Under the pieces are notes generated by a model. It was given only the letters and a program-made list of their open reading frames with translations, was not told the DNA's origin and made no database searches. This document shows, in pieces, positions 1 to 9,085 of a DNA stretch of 64,000 nucleotides (position 1 is the stretch's first letter; every line of letters starts with the position of its first letter). The stretch is from Acidimicrobiales bacterium (lineage in GTDB: Bacteria > Actinomycetota > Acidimicrobiia > Acidimicrobiales > JAHWLA01): assembly GCA_035536915.1 (NCBI GenBank), contig DATLNE010000041.1, forward strand, positions 1 through 64,000, written 5' to 3'. The position numbers were made by a program, and so were the translations under genes.

Positions 1-28
1 ACCCACGGCCCAGAACGAGGGGAGGCGG

Positions 29-910
29 TCATCGGCGGCGGCGCCTTCGGTCGGCGACGAAGCGCACCACGTCGAGCAGCCAGTCGCGGTCGGTGGCGAG
101 CACGAGGTGCGACGCGCCCGCCGCCCGCACGGCCCGGCCGCGCTGGGCCAACTGGTCGGCCGCGGCGGCGGCGAAGCGTTCGCGGGTGCGGCGGTTGGCC
201 GTCTGCACCTCCACCCGTCGCCCGGTCTCCGGGTCGACGAGCATGAGCACGCCGACCTCGGGCAACTCAGCCTCGCGGGGGTCGCGCACCTCGGCCACCA
301 CCACGGCGTGGCGGGCCGACAGCGCCCGCAGCTCGCGCTCCCACGGGCTGCTGTCGAGCAGGTCGGTGACCACGACGACCAGCCCGCGTCGGCGGGCGGT
401 GAGGCGCAACCGACGCAGCGCGTCGGCCAACGAGGCTTCCCCTTCGGCGGCCCGTTCGCGTCGCTCCAGCCGGTGCAACGTGGCGATCACCGCGGCCCGG
501 CCACCACGGGGCGGCACGATGGAGAAGCCCGCGGGGCCGAAGAGCACAGCACCTAACCGGTTGCCTGCACGAGCGGTGAGGAAGCCGAAGGCGGCCGCGG
601 CGGCCAAAGCCACGTCGCGTTTCTCGCATGAAGCGGTGCCGAAGTCGAGGCTGGCCGAGCAGTCCATCACCAACCACGTCTCCAACTCGCGGTCGGCGAT
701 GGGATTGCGCACGTGCGGCGAGCCCGCCCGGGCCGTGAGGTTCCAGTCCATGCGGCGCACGTCGTCGCCCGGTTCGTAGAGGCGGCCGTCACCGGGCTCG
801 CTGCCGCCGCCGGGCACCAGCCCTTGGTAGTCACCCTGCAGGAGCCCGTCGAGCTTGCGCGTCACCAACAGCTCCAAGTGGCGCAGGCGCGACTCGGCCG
901 AGGCGATCAC
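29..910 (-). CDS. DUF58 domain protein (MoxR partner)
   Basis: 293 aa ORF with a DUF58-like core (RRMDWNLTAR...LVMDCSASL); its ATG overlaps the stop of the upstream MoxR gene (ATGA at 907-910). Confidence 0.7.
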   Translation of the reverse strand: MIASAESRLRHLELLVTRKLDGLLQGDYQGLVPGGGSEPGDGRLYEPGDDVRRMDWNLTARAGSPHVRNPIADRELETWLVMDCSASLDFGTASCEKRDVALAAAAAFGFLTARAGNRLGAVLFGPAGFSIVPPRGGRAAVIATLHRLERRERAAEGEASLADALRRLRLTARRRGLVVVVTDLLDSSPWERELRALSARHAVVVAEVRDPREAELPEVGVLMLVDPETGRRVEVQTANRRTRERFAAAAADQLAQRGRAVRAAGASHLVLATDRDWLLDVVRFVADRRRRRR

Positions 911-1950
911 GACGCCTCGGCCTCCTCTACCTGCGGCCTGCCGTCCTGCCCGGGCGAGATGCGGGGGGCGATCACGGTGCGCACCACTCGTTCCACCACG
1001 TGTTCGGCGTCGACGCCGTCGGCCAGCGCCTCGTACGACAGCAGCACCCGGTGGCGCAGGATGTCGCGGCTGACGTCGTAGACGTCCTGGGGCAACAGGT
1101 AGTCGCGGCGGCGCAGCAGTGCCAAAGCTCGGCCCGCGGCAACGAGCCCGAGGGTGGCGCGGGGGCTGGCGCCGTGGGCAATCAGTGGGGCGATGTCGTC
1201 GAGCTTGTGCTTGGCGGGCTCCCGCGTGGCGAGCACCAGGCGCACGGCGTAGTCGAGCACGGCGTCGTGCACGAACACCTGCGAGGCGACGGCCTGCAGC
1301 TCGCGCAGCTGGTCGGCGTCGAGCACGGCGACCGGTGTGGGCGGGTCGACGCTCATGCGCCGCACGATCTCGGTCTCCTCGCGGGCGTTGGGGTACTCCA
1401 CGAGCACCTTCATGAGGAAGCGGTCGCGTTGGGCCTCAGGCAGCGGGTAGACGCCCTCGCTCTCGATGGGGTTTTGGGTGGCGAGCACGAGGAAGGGATC
1501 GGGCACGTTGTGGGTGATGCCGCCGATCGACACATGCCGTTCGGCCATCACCTCCAACAGGGCCGACTGCACCTTGGCGGGCGCCCGGTTGATCTCGTCG
1601 GCCAGCACCACGTTGGCGAACACCGGGCCGAGCTCGACGTCGAACGCTTCCTGCGACGGCCGGTAGATGCGGGTGCCCACAAGGTCGGCGGGCACCAGGT
1701 CGGGGGTGAACTGGAGGCGGGCGAACGACCCGCCCACCACCCGGGCCATGGTCTCGGCGGCCAAGGTCTTGGCCAGCCCGGGCGCACCCTCCAACAAGCA
1801 GTGCCCCCGGGCCAGCAGGCAGACGAAGAGCCGCTCGATCATGCGGTCCTGGCCCACGACGATGCGCTTGACCTCGAACAGCGCCTGCTCCAGGACCTCG
1901 CCCGGCGGGCGGCTCTCCGTCTTCACGTCAGTTGGTTCCTCTCTTTTCAC
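907..1950 (-). CDS. moxR: MoxR-family AAA+ ATPase
   Basis: 347 aa; Walker A LLEGAPGLAKT, Walker B VVLADEINRAPAKVQSALLEVM; typical MoxR length and order with DUF58. Confidence 0.85.
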   Translation of the reverse strand: MKREEPTDVKTESRPPGEVLEQALFEVKRIVVGQDRMIERLFVCLLARGHCLLEGAPGLAKTLAAETMARVVGGSFARLQFTPDLVPADLVGTRIYRPSQEAFDVELGPVFANVVLADEINRAPAKVQSALLEVMAERHVSIGGITHNVPDPFLVLATQNPIESEGVYPLPEAQRDRFLMKVLVEYPNAREETEIVRRMSVDPPTPVAVLDADQLRELQAVASQVFVHDAVLDYAVRLVLATREPAKHKLDDIAPLIAHGASPRATLGLVAAGRALALLRRRDYLLPQDVYDVSRDILRHRVLLSYEALADGVDAEHVVERVVRTVIAPRISPGQDGRPQVEEAEAS

Positions 1951-2428
1951 GCGGCGGCGCCCAGCGCCCTCGCAACTCCTTGGCCTGCGTGCCGTCGTGG
2001 ACGTCGACGGCGCGGGCCTTGCCGTCGGCCACGATGGCCTTTACGTGTACTCGGTCCCCCACCTTCACGTCGGCGATGCCGTTGTTGCCTGCGTTCACCA
2101 TGGTGCCGTCGTCGACGGCATACGTGCGGCTGAAGCCGTCCTCGCTCTTGACGATGATCGAGGTGGCACTCACCTCGGTGGCTTCACCGACCTGGGTGGC
2201 AAGCGTCTGGTAGCCGCCCGCCGGTGCCTTGGTGGTGAACTCGCCGTGCAGTGCCCCCATGCCCATCCCCTTGTGCCCACCTCGGCCTTGCTTCATAGCG
2301 GCGGCGGGCGGGTCGTCGGCCGGCGCCTGTTCGGTCTGGGCGCCCGCCACGCCGAGCCCGGCCAGGGTAAGCCCGACAGCGGCTCCGGTGGCCACCAGGC
2401 CTGCCTTCCAGTTACGGGGGGTCTGCAT
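1928..2428 (-). CDS. hypothetical secreted protein (N-terminal signal peptide)
   Basis: 166 aa; N-terminal hydrophobic signal-like segment (LVATGAAVGLTLAGLGVAGAQT); no recognisable catalytic motif. Confidence 0.4.
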   Translation of the reverse strand: MQTPRNWKAGLVATGAAVGLTLAGLGVAGAQTEQAPADDPPAAAMKQGRGGHKGMGMGALHGEFTTKAPAGGYQTLATQVGEATEVSATSIIVKSEDGFSRTYAVDDGTMVNAGNNGIADVKVGDRVHVKAIVADGKARAVDVHDGTQAKELRGRWAPPREKRGTN

Positions 2429-2462
2429 TGCTTTCTCCTTTGTTCAGCGGGTGCGGTTTTGT

Positions 2463-3623
2463 TCAGCGGGGTGCGGTGGTGAGGGTGACGGTGACCGTGC
2501 GTTCGGCGCCGTCGCGCACGACGACGACGGGAACCTGTTCGCCTGGGCGATGGGAGCGGACGGCAGAGCCCAAGGCAGCGGCGCCGTCGACGGCCTTGTC
2601 GCCGACCTTGACGATGAGGTCGCCCTGCTGGAGCCCGGCTTGGGCGGCGGGCGAACCGGGCTCGACGCTGACCACCACGGCGCCCCGGCTGCCGTCGGTG
2701 GGGTCGCCGCTGCTGATGCCCATGTAGCCGCGTTCGGCGGCGGGCTGGTTGCCCCGCAGCCGTTCGACCACGGGCATGGCCTGGTCGACGGCGATGGCGA
2801 AGCCGATGTTCTCGGCGGCCGTGCCGCCGCCGCCGCTGGCCACTGCGGTGTTAATGCCGATGACCTGTCCGAGGGCGTTGACCAGCGGCCCGCCCGAGTT
2901 GCCCGAGCTGATCGAGGCGTCGGTCTGGATGAGGCCGGTCATGCTGCCGTTTTCGGTCTCGAGCGTACGGTCGAGGGCGGAGACGATGCCCCGGGTGACG
3001 GTGGGGCCGCCGCGCAGGGCGAGGGCGTTGCCGATGGCGACCACGTCGTCGCCCACTCGCACGTCGGCCGAACGGCCGAGCTCCGCCACCGGCAGCCCTC
3101 CTGCGCCTGGGATACGCAGGAGGGCCAGGTCGGCGGCGGCGTCGAGGCCCACCACTTCGGCGTCGCGGGCTTGGGACTCGCCGGCGAGGGTGACCCGCAC
3201 CGTGCTCGCGGTACCGACCACGTGGGCGTTGGTGAGGATCTCGCCCTCGGCGGTGAGCACGACGCCGGTGCCCGCACCGGTGCGACGACCGCCCATCGAC
3301 GAGGTCGACACGCTGACCACCGCGGGGCCTGCCTTGGCCACCACCCCGGCCACGTCGAGGGCGGTGCCACCCAGTTGCAGCGGGCGAGACGCTGTCGTCG
3401 GCCCGACGGCCGCCGCAAGGGCGCCGCCGTCGTCGTCGAAGGCCCGGGTCACCGCCGCCCCGGTCACGCCGGACAGTAGGGCGACGGCGACAAGGGCGGC
3501 AGCCACGCGACTGCGGGGGGAACGAGCCGCCGGAGGCGGGGGGACCTCCCGCGGCTCGTGGGTGGGGGGAACCTCGTCGGCCGCGGTGGGCGGCCTGTCG
3601 AGCAGGGCGAGCGGCGTCTCCAT
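2463..3623 (-). CDS. trypsin-like serine protease with PDZ domain (HtrA/PepD family)
   Basis: 386 aa; S1C protease motifs (TNAHVV, GNSGGPLVNALGQVIGINTA) and a C-terminal PDZ-like region; N-terminal membrane anchor; sits downstream of the two-component pair as in mprAB-pepD. Confidence 0.85.
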   Translation of the reverse strand: METPLALLDRPPTAADEVPPTHEPREVPPPPAARSPRSRVAAALVAVALLSGVTGAAVTRAFDDDGGALAAAVGPTTASRPLQLGGTALDVAGVVAKAGPAVVSVSTSSMGGRRTGAGTGVVLTAEGEILTNAHVVGTASTVRVTLAGESQARDAEVVGLDAAADLALLRIPGAGGLPVAELGRSADVRVGDDVVAIGNALALRGGPTVTRGIVSALDRTLETENGSMTGLIQTDASISSGNSGGPLVNALGQVIGINTAVASGGGGTAAENIGFAIAVDQAMPVVERLRGNQPAAERGYMGISSGDPTDGSRGAVVVSVEPGSPAAQAGLQQGDLIVKVGDKAVDGAAALGSAVRSHRPGEQVPVVVVRDGAERTVTVTLTTAPR

Positions 3624-3668
3624 GCCCCTCAGGATGCGACACCAACCTGGGAATCGGCTGTGGATCGC

Positions 3669-5060
3669 CTACGGAGTTGTTGGGTGTCCGTTCCGGCCGA
3701 GCGGCAGGTCCACCACGAAGCGGCTGCCCTGGCCGGCCTCGGACTCCACCCGCACCGAGCCAGAGTGGGCCTCCACCACGGCAGCCACGATGGCCAGCCC
3801 CAGTCCGGTGCCGCCCGCGGCGCGAGAGCGCGACGCGTCTGCGCGGTAGAACCGCTCGAACACCCGGTCCGCCACCTCGGGCGCCATGCCCGGGCCTTGG
3901 TCGGCCACTTGGAGGCGGGCCACGCCGTCGCGGGCGGCGAGCGAGACGGCCACCGGCGTGCCCGGCGGCGTGTGCACACGGGCGTTGGCCAAGAGGTTGC
4001 CGACCACCTGGCGCAGGCGCTGTTCGTCGCCTTCGACCACCACGGGGGCGATGTCGAAGGTGACGGGGCGGTCGGGTTCGACGGCCTGCGCGTCGCGCAC
4101 GCTGTCGGCCACCACGGCGTCGAGTTGCACCGGTGCGCGCTCCAACGGTCGGCGCTGGTCGATGCGGGCCAGCAGCAGCAGGTCTTCGACCAAGGCGCCC
4201 ATGCGCTTGGCCTCGTCCTCCATTCGGCGCATGGCGTCGGCCAACTCGTCCTTCGACTGCAAGCCGCCCGCCCGCCACAACTCGGTGTAGCCCTGGATCG
4301 ACGTGAGCGGCGTGCGCAGTTCGTGCGAGGCGTCGGCGGCGAAACGACGCACGCGTGCCTCCGATTCCTCCCGCTCCTGGAAGGCCTCCTCGATGCGGCC
4401 GAGCATGGCGTTGAGGGCCGCGCCCAGGCGGCCCGCCTCGGTGCGTTCGTCGACGTGATCGATCCGTCGCGACAGTTCGCCTTCGGCGATCTCGTCGGCC
4501 GTCTTGGCCATCGACACCAGGGGGTCGATGCCGAGGCGGAGCATCCACCACGCCACCGTGGCCAAGGCCGCGAGCACGGCCAGGGTGCCCACTGCCTGCA
4601 CCCACCGCACCTGGGCCAGGGTGGCCTCCAATTCGCTGAGGCTCAGGCCCACCACCGCGGTGCGGCCGTCGGGCCCGGCTACGCCGACTAAGCGCCACTT
4701 GCCGTCGCCCGACGCGGCGGGGACGGTGAAGGGCCGGCGTGCTTGGCCGGCGCCGGTGACGTTGGCCGCCAGTTGCGACAGGTCGATCACCGGCGGCGGG
4801 CGTTCGTCGGCCTGGAGGACGGAGGCCACTGTGAAGATGCCGCCGCCTTCGATGACGGCGATGTAGTACTCGGTGAGCGCCTCGTTAGGGCGGCCGAGCA
4901 ACCCGCGGCGCCCCTGCACGGTCTCGCTGGCGGCGATGAGCTGCTTGTCGAGGCGGTCGTGGAGGAACGACGAGAACGTGCTGGAGATCGCCACGTTGGT
5001 GGCCACCAGCACGAGGGCGATGGCAGCCACGCCGATGATCACCCGGCGGCGGAGCGACAT
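3669..5060 (-). CDS. sensor histidine kinase (MprB/MtrB-like, HAMP + HisKA + HATPase)
   Basis: H-box HELRTPLTSIQGY, ATPase G-boxes (DQGPGM, GGTGLGLAIV), two TM segments; start MSLRRR chosen because its ATG overlaps the response regulator stop (ATGA at 5058-5062). Confidence 0.85.
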   Translation of the reverse strand: MSLRRRVIIGVAAIALVLVATNVAISSTFSSFLHDRLDKQLIAASETVQGRRGLLGRPNEALTEYYIAVIEGGGIFTVASVLQADERPPPVIDLSQLAANVTGAGQARRPFTVPAASGDGKWRLVGVAGPDGRTAVVGLSLSELEATLAQVRWVQAVGTLAVLAALATVAWWMLRLGIDPLVSMAKTADEIAEGELSRRIDHVDERTEAGRLGAALNAMLGRIEEAFQEREESEARVRRFAADASHELRTPLTSIQGYTELWRAGGLQSKDELADAMRRMEDEAKRMGALVEDLLLLARIDQRRPLERAPVQLDAVVADSVRDAQAVEPDRPVTFDIAPVVVEGDEQRLRQVVGNLLANARVHTPPGTPVAVSLAARDGVARLQVADQGPGMAPEVADRVFERFYRADASRSRAAGGTGLGLAIVAAVVEAHSGSVRVESEAGQGSRFVVDLPLGRNGHPTTP

Positions 5061-5737
5061 CAGGAGACCCGCAAGGAGTAGCCGACGCCGCGGACCGTGT
5101 GGATCAACGGCGGGCCCAGGCGGTCGACCTTCTTGCGCAGGTAGCTGATGTAGGTCTCGACCACCGTGGCGTGGCCGTCGAAGTCGTACTGCCACACGTG
5201 GTCGAGGATCTGGTTGCGCGACAGCACGCGGCCTGCGTTCACCAACAGGAAGCGGAGCAGCTTGTACTCGGTCGGAGACAGGTCGACGACGTGGCCCGCG
5301 CGGCGCACCACGTGGGCGTCGTCGTCCATCTCCAGGTCGGCAAGGGCGAGCTTGGCGCTGCCCGCGCTGACGCCTTGGCGGCGCAACAGCACGTGGATGC
5401 GGGCCACCACCTCTTCCAGGCTGAACGGCTTGGTGACGTAGTCGTCTCCGCCCAGAGTGAGGCCCCGCACCTTGTCGTCGACCGCGTCGCGGGCGGTGAG
5501 GAAGAGGACGGGAACCTGGACGCCGTCGAGGCGGAGGCGGCGGAGGATCTCGAAGCCGTCGAGGTCGGGCAGCATGACGTCGAGGAGGAGGACGTCGGGG
5601 GCGAACTGGGCCACCTCTTTGAGGGCGCCGCGCCCGTCTGAGGCCACCCGCACCTCGAAGCCGAAGTGGCGCAGTGCGGTGTCGAGGAGGAAGGTGATGT
5701 TGTCTTCGTCGTCGACCACGAGGACGCGGGCGGCCAT
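5060..5737 (-). CDS. OmpR-family response regulator (MprA/MtrA-like)
   Basis: MAARVLVVDDEDNI...DVMLPDLDGF receiver domain plus a C-terminal winged-helix (trans_reg_C); ATG verified at 5735-5737. Confidence 0.9.
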   Translation of the reverse strand: MAARVLVVDDEDNITFLLDTALRHFGFEVRVASDGRGALKEVAQFAPDVLLLDVMLPDLDGFEILRRLRLDGVQVPVLFLTARDAVDDKVRGLTLGGDDYVTKPFSLEEVVARIHVLLRRQGVSAGSAKLALADLEMDDDAHVVRRAGHVVDLSPTEYKLLRFLLVNAGRVLSRNQILDHVWQYDFDGHATVVETYISYLRKKVDRLGPPLIHTVRGVGYSLRVS

Positions 5738-5814
5738 CGCTGTCGATTCTGGCACCGGTTCCTGTGAACTTCCTGGGAACGCGGTGGGAGGTACCCGTGG
5801 GCTAAGACAGGGGG

Positions 5815-6234
5815 ATGGACATCCTCTACACCGCCGACGCCACGGCATGGGGCGGCCGCGACGGGCGCGTGGCGTCCTCCGACGGCGTGCTCGACGTACA
5901 ACTGGCAGTGCCCAAGGCGCTGGGCGGGCCGGGCGGCGAGGCCACCAACCCCGAGCAGTTGTTCGCCGCCGGGTATGCCGCCTGCTTCCACAGCGCGCTG
6001 AAGCTGGTGGCGTCGAAGGCGGGCATCGACGTGAGCGAGTCGGCCATCACCGCACGGGTGGGGATCGGCGCCACCGAGGGCGGGGCGTTCGGGCTGCAGG
6101 TCCACCTCGACGCCGAGTTGCCCGACGTGGAACGTGAGACCGCCGAGAAGCTGGTGGCCCGGGCGCACGAGGTGTGCCCATACTCCAACGCCACCCGCAA
6201 CAACGTCGAGGTTGTGCTGAGCGTCGTGGGGTAG
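5815..6234 (+). CDS. OsmC/Ohr family peroxiredoxin-like protein
   Basis: 139 aa; Ohr/OsmC signature (AAGYAACFHSAL...EVCPYSNATRNN); divergent from the response regulator. Confidence 0.85.
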   Translation: MDILYTADATAWGGRDGRVASSDGVLDVQLAVPKALGGPGGEATNPEQLFAAGYAACFHSALKLVASKAGIDVSESAITARVGIGATEGGAFGLQVHLDAELPDVERETAEKLVARAHEVCPYSNATRNNVEVVLSVVG

Positions 6235-6244
6235 CACGAGGCCG

Positions 6245-6697
6245 ATGGCCGCCGTCCCCGACCCGGATCACCAGCGTCCCGAGGGGGTCGACGACGTGGT
6301 GGTCGAGGCGGCAGGCAAGGTGTCGGAGGCCTTCGAGTGGCTGGAACGGGCACGAGGGCGGCTCTACGACTTCCATCACCTGATCGGCCGGGCCGACTTC
6401 GTCATGGAGGACGCCGCCGAACTGCTCGAACGGTGCGGTGCATGCGAGCTCGCCACCCTCTTGCGAGAAGAGGTGATCGGCCGCAACGTGCTCGACGGGC
6501 GGTGGACGTTCCAGGTGGTCGAGGAGTTCGACGCCGTCTACTTCCAAGCGGCCGCCGACGCCGAGCGCCGGGTGCGCGACGAACTCCTGGGCGGACGACG
6601 GCACGTGTTCGAGGCGGAGCTGAAGGAAAAGCGCCGCACGCCGAAGCGGCCAGGCCACGAGAGCCTGCCGCCGTCCCGCCACCTCGACGACGGGTAG
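6245..6697 (+). CDS. hypothetical protein ('gene A'; a partial, diverged copy of its 3' end lies at 8100-8445)
   Basis: 150 aa ORF with plausible composition; its 3' 340 nt recur at about 95% identity downstream. Confidence 0.5.
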   Translation: MAAVPDPDHQRPEGVDDVVVEAAGKVSEAFEWLERARGRLYDFHHLIGRADFVMEDAAELLERCGACELATLLREEVIGRNVLDGRWTFQVVEEFDAVYFQAAADAERRVRDELLGGRRHVFEAELKEKRRTPKRPGHESLPPSRHLDDG

Positions 6698-6702
6698 ATC
6701 GG

Positions 6703-6726
6703 TGTAAGCGTATACGCTTACACCGA
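6703..6726. promoter_or_regulatory. perfect 24-bp palindrome GGTGTAAGCGTATACGCTTACACC (candidate operator or terminator)
   Basis: read directly from the sequence, between the gene A stop and the HTH-XRE gene start. Confidence 0.45.
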
Positions 6727-7286
6727 TGCGGACCGATGCGCTTGTCGTCTCGCTGCGGCGCGACAGTCGGCTCTCCGTGCGCGCGCTGGCCGCCGCTGCG
6801 GGCGTGGCCGCCAGCACCGTCCACCGGATCGAACGAGGCGACCTGCACCCCACGGTGGAGCTGCTGGAGCGGATCACCAAAGCGGCCGGCATGCGCCTTC
6901 GCCTCGACACCGAGGTCGATTACGCAGCCAGCCTTGTCGGGCTGGCTCGATGCCTGGGTGACGGCGAGCCCATCCGCATGGCTGCCGAGCTCGCGCACCG
7001 CTACCGGGCCGCCGACAGCATCACCCGAGCGCGCATGATCACCGCGGAGCCTGCACCCACGGGTGACGAGCGGTGGGACGCCTTCCTGGGTGGGCTGGCC
7101 GAATGGTTGGCCGTGACCACCGACGAGGCTGCGCCGGGCTGGGTGCACGACGACAGCCGCTTCCTGGCTCGCGGGTGGTGGGTGACGCCGATGAGGTCGA
7201 TGCGGGCGTGGGAGTACGCGGGGACGCCTGCGGCGTTCAAGATTCGCGGCGTCTTCCTCCACCGCGACTCGTTGAGGAACGTGTAG
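6726..7286 (+). CDS. XRE-family helix-turn-helix transcriptional regulator (antitoxin-like)
   Basis: 186 aa; N-terminal HTH_XRE-like segment (LRRDSRLSVRALAAAAGVAASTVHRIERGD); translationally coupled to the next gene. Confidence 0.6.
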   Translation: MRTDALVVSLRRDSRLSVRALAAAAGVAASTVHRIERGDLHPTVELLERITKAAGMRLRLDTEVDYAASLVGLARCLGDGEPIRMAAELAHRYRAADSITRARMITAEPAPTGDERWDAFLGGLAEWLAVTTDEAAPGWVHDDSRFLARGWWVTPMRSMRAWEYAGTPAAFKIRGVFLHRDSLRNV

Positions 7287-7801
7287 TGCTCAGTCGGGAG
7301 CGGATACTCCGGCTGTTCGCCGAGCTCGACCAAGAGCTTCGACGCATCGACGTGCGCGGCGACGTGTTCGTCGTCGGGGGCGCGGCCATGACCGTGGCCT
7401 ACGACGCCCGCCCCGCCACCCGTGACGTCGATGCCATCTGGCACCCGTCGACCGAGGTTCGGGAGGCAGCGGCCGCTATTGCGGGGCGCCATGACGACCT
7501 CGAACCGGACTGGCTCAACGATGCCGTGAAGGGCTTCCTGCCCGGGCCCGACCCTGCGCCGCGGGTGGTCTACGACGGGGACTTCTTGAGCGTGTCGGCC
7601 GCGTCGCCCGAGTACCTCCTGGCCACCAAGCTCTTGGCCAGCCGGGTGAGTCGTGACGAGGCCGACATCGTGCTGCTCTACGACGTGTGCGGCCTGACAT
7701 CGGTCGACGAAGGGCTCGAGGTCGTCGAGCGCTACTACCCCGGGCGCCCGATCGAAGCCAAGGTGCGCTTCTTCCTCGAAGAACTCATCGGCGACGAGTG
7801 A
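7286..7801 (+). CDS. nucleotidyltransferase-like protein (DUF6036/AbiEii/MNT-like fold), partner of the XRE regulator
   Basis: GTG at 7286 overlaps the TAG of the upstream gene; 171 aa; NTase-like core (VFVVGGAAMTVAY...RDVDA); the start codon is inferred. Confidence 0.5.
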   Translation: MLSRERILRLFAELDQELRRIDVRGDVFVVGGAAMTVAYDARPATRDVDAIWHPSTEVREAAAAIAGRHDDLEPDWLNDAVKGFLPGPDPAPRVVYDGDFLSVSAASPEYLLATKLLASRVSRDEADIVLLYDVCGLTSVDEGLEVVERYYPGRPIEAKVRFFLEELIGDE

Positions 7802-7805
7802 CGCC

Positions 7806-8085
7806 TTACAACTTGGGCGCGGGGCCGAGGCGGGGGCGGGCGAAGCGGCCGATGCCTCGCGGCAGGTCGCCGGTGACGGTTGGCGCGGGGACCGACGGCG
7901 CCACCGGCGCGCGCCGGAACGGGCCGAGCAGTTGCGGCACGTGGCCGGGCGCCTGGAGCAGCCCGAGGTACATGAGGATCAGCCCGACCAGCACCATCGC
8001 CGAGACCACCTGCGGCGTGCGCTCGGTCGAGGCCCGTCGGCCCCCGGGCGGCAGTGTCGACGGCGGTGCCCACATCGAAGCTTTC
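7806..8085 (-). pseudogene. truncated, diverged copy of the 3' end of gene B (9195-10202); retains the C-terminal TM segment
   Basis: about 280 nt, roughly 95% identical to 9195-9475; carries an internal deletion relative to the full copy. Confidence 0.55.
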
Positions 8086-8099
8086 GAAGTCCTCGAGCC

Positions 8100-8445
8100 C
8101 GGTGGGCGGCTCGTACGACCTCCATCACCTGATCGGCCGGGCCGACTTCGTCATGGAGGACGCCGCCGAACTGCTCGAACGATCGGTGCATGCGAGCTCG
8201 CCACCCTCTTGCGAGAAGAGGTGATCGGCCGCAACGTGCTCGACGGCCGGTGGACGTTCCAGGTGGTCGAGGAGTTCGACGCCGTCTACTTCCAAGCCGC
8301 CGCCGACGCCGAGCGCCGGGTGCGCGACGAACTCCTGGGCGGACGACGGCACGGGTTCGAGGCGGAGCTGAAACAGAAGCGCCGTACCCCGAGGCGGCCA
8401 GGCCACGAAAGCCTGCCGCCGTCCCGCCACCTCGACGACGGGTAG
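8100..8445 (+). pseudogene. partial, frameshifted copy of the gene A 3' end
   Basis: about 95% identical to 6360-6697, with a 1-nt indel (cggtgcggtgcatg versus cgatcggtgcatg) that breaks the frame. Confidence 0.55.
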
Positions 8446-8509
8446 GACTCGCCGCTACCGCATGGCTCGTGGTGGTGGTCAAGGCGGCCCACCGCGACAC
8501 TTCCAGGTC

Positions 8510-8953
8510 TCATGCCGCTGGGGCTGTCCCCCCATGCGGAGTTGCGTGTCGCGGTTCAATGGCCTCACGGACGGTCACGGCGACAGCAAGGGTTCCCGGA
8601 AGGTAAGCCAAGCTGTCGGCACCTAGCGCCCCCATCACAGTGAAGGTTCCTGTCAGCGCCAAGGCAGCAACCAACAGGACACGCTCCCGACGCCGTAGAT
8701 AACGCTGCAGACAGAGGGCCATTGCTTCGGGCGGCAGCACCAGGAGCGCCGCCACCAGAGGACCATGCTTCGTCGTCAGCGACACTCGATGCGGCGCTGG
8801 CGTCACCTGTGAGCTTCGTCCGTTCTCGATCTTGGCTGTCGCTATGGCAAGGCGGGGCGACGAGTGCACTGACTGCGTAGGAAACGATGCGAGATAGGCC
8901 GATGCTCCCAGGGTCAAGAGAACGCTCGCGATGACGAATCGACGCAACTCCAC
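8510..8953 (-). CDS. hypothetical membrane protein (lower-GC cassette)
   Basis: 147 aa with several hydrophobic segments; local GC lower than the flanks; no recognisable family motif. Confidence 0.35.
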   Translation of the reverse strand: MELRRFVIASVLLTLGASAYLASFPTQSVHSSPRLAIATAKIENGRSSQVTPAPHRVSLTTKHGPLVAALLVLPPEAMALCLQRYLRRRERVLLVAALALTGTFTVMGALGADSLAYLPGTLAVAVTVREAIEPRHATPHGGTAPAA

Positions 8954-9045
8954 GCGCTCAGGGTAGTCCGTAGTCCGCCCGGCACACTTGGCTAGCTTCG
9001 GTGATCTATAACGTCCGCCTTGACGACGACCGAGAGAGCGTCGAC

Positions 9046-9085
9046 TGCTTCTCTGGTATGCGTATAGAGGTTCTCTGATATGCGT
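9046..9085. repeat. tandem direct repeat TATGCGTATAGAGG x2 in an AT-rich intergenic region
   Basis: ctggTATGCGTATAGAGGttctctgaTATGCGTATAGAGGcc read from the sequence. Confidence 0.5.

Noticed and set aside
1000-2133. 377-aa ORF overlapping MoxR on the opposite strand
   Set aside because: No motifs, degenerate composition; the MoxR ORF on the minus strand has Walker motifs.
2851-4698. 615-aa ORF rich in Arg/Gly/Pro antisense to the histidine kinase gene
   Set aside because: Low-complexity R/G/P composition typical of spurious reverse-frame ORFs in high-GC DNA; the opposite strand encodes a histidine kinase with clear motifs.
7687-8445. 252-aa ORF running through the B'/A' junction
   Set aside because: Read-through in a non-coding frame that happens to join the frameshifted A' fragment; better explained as a pseudogene remnant.
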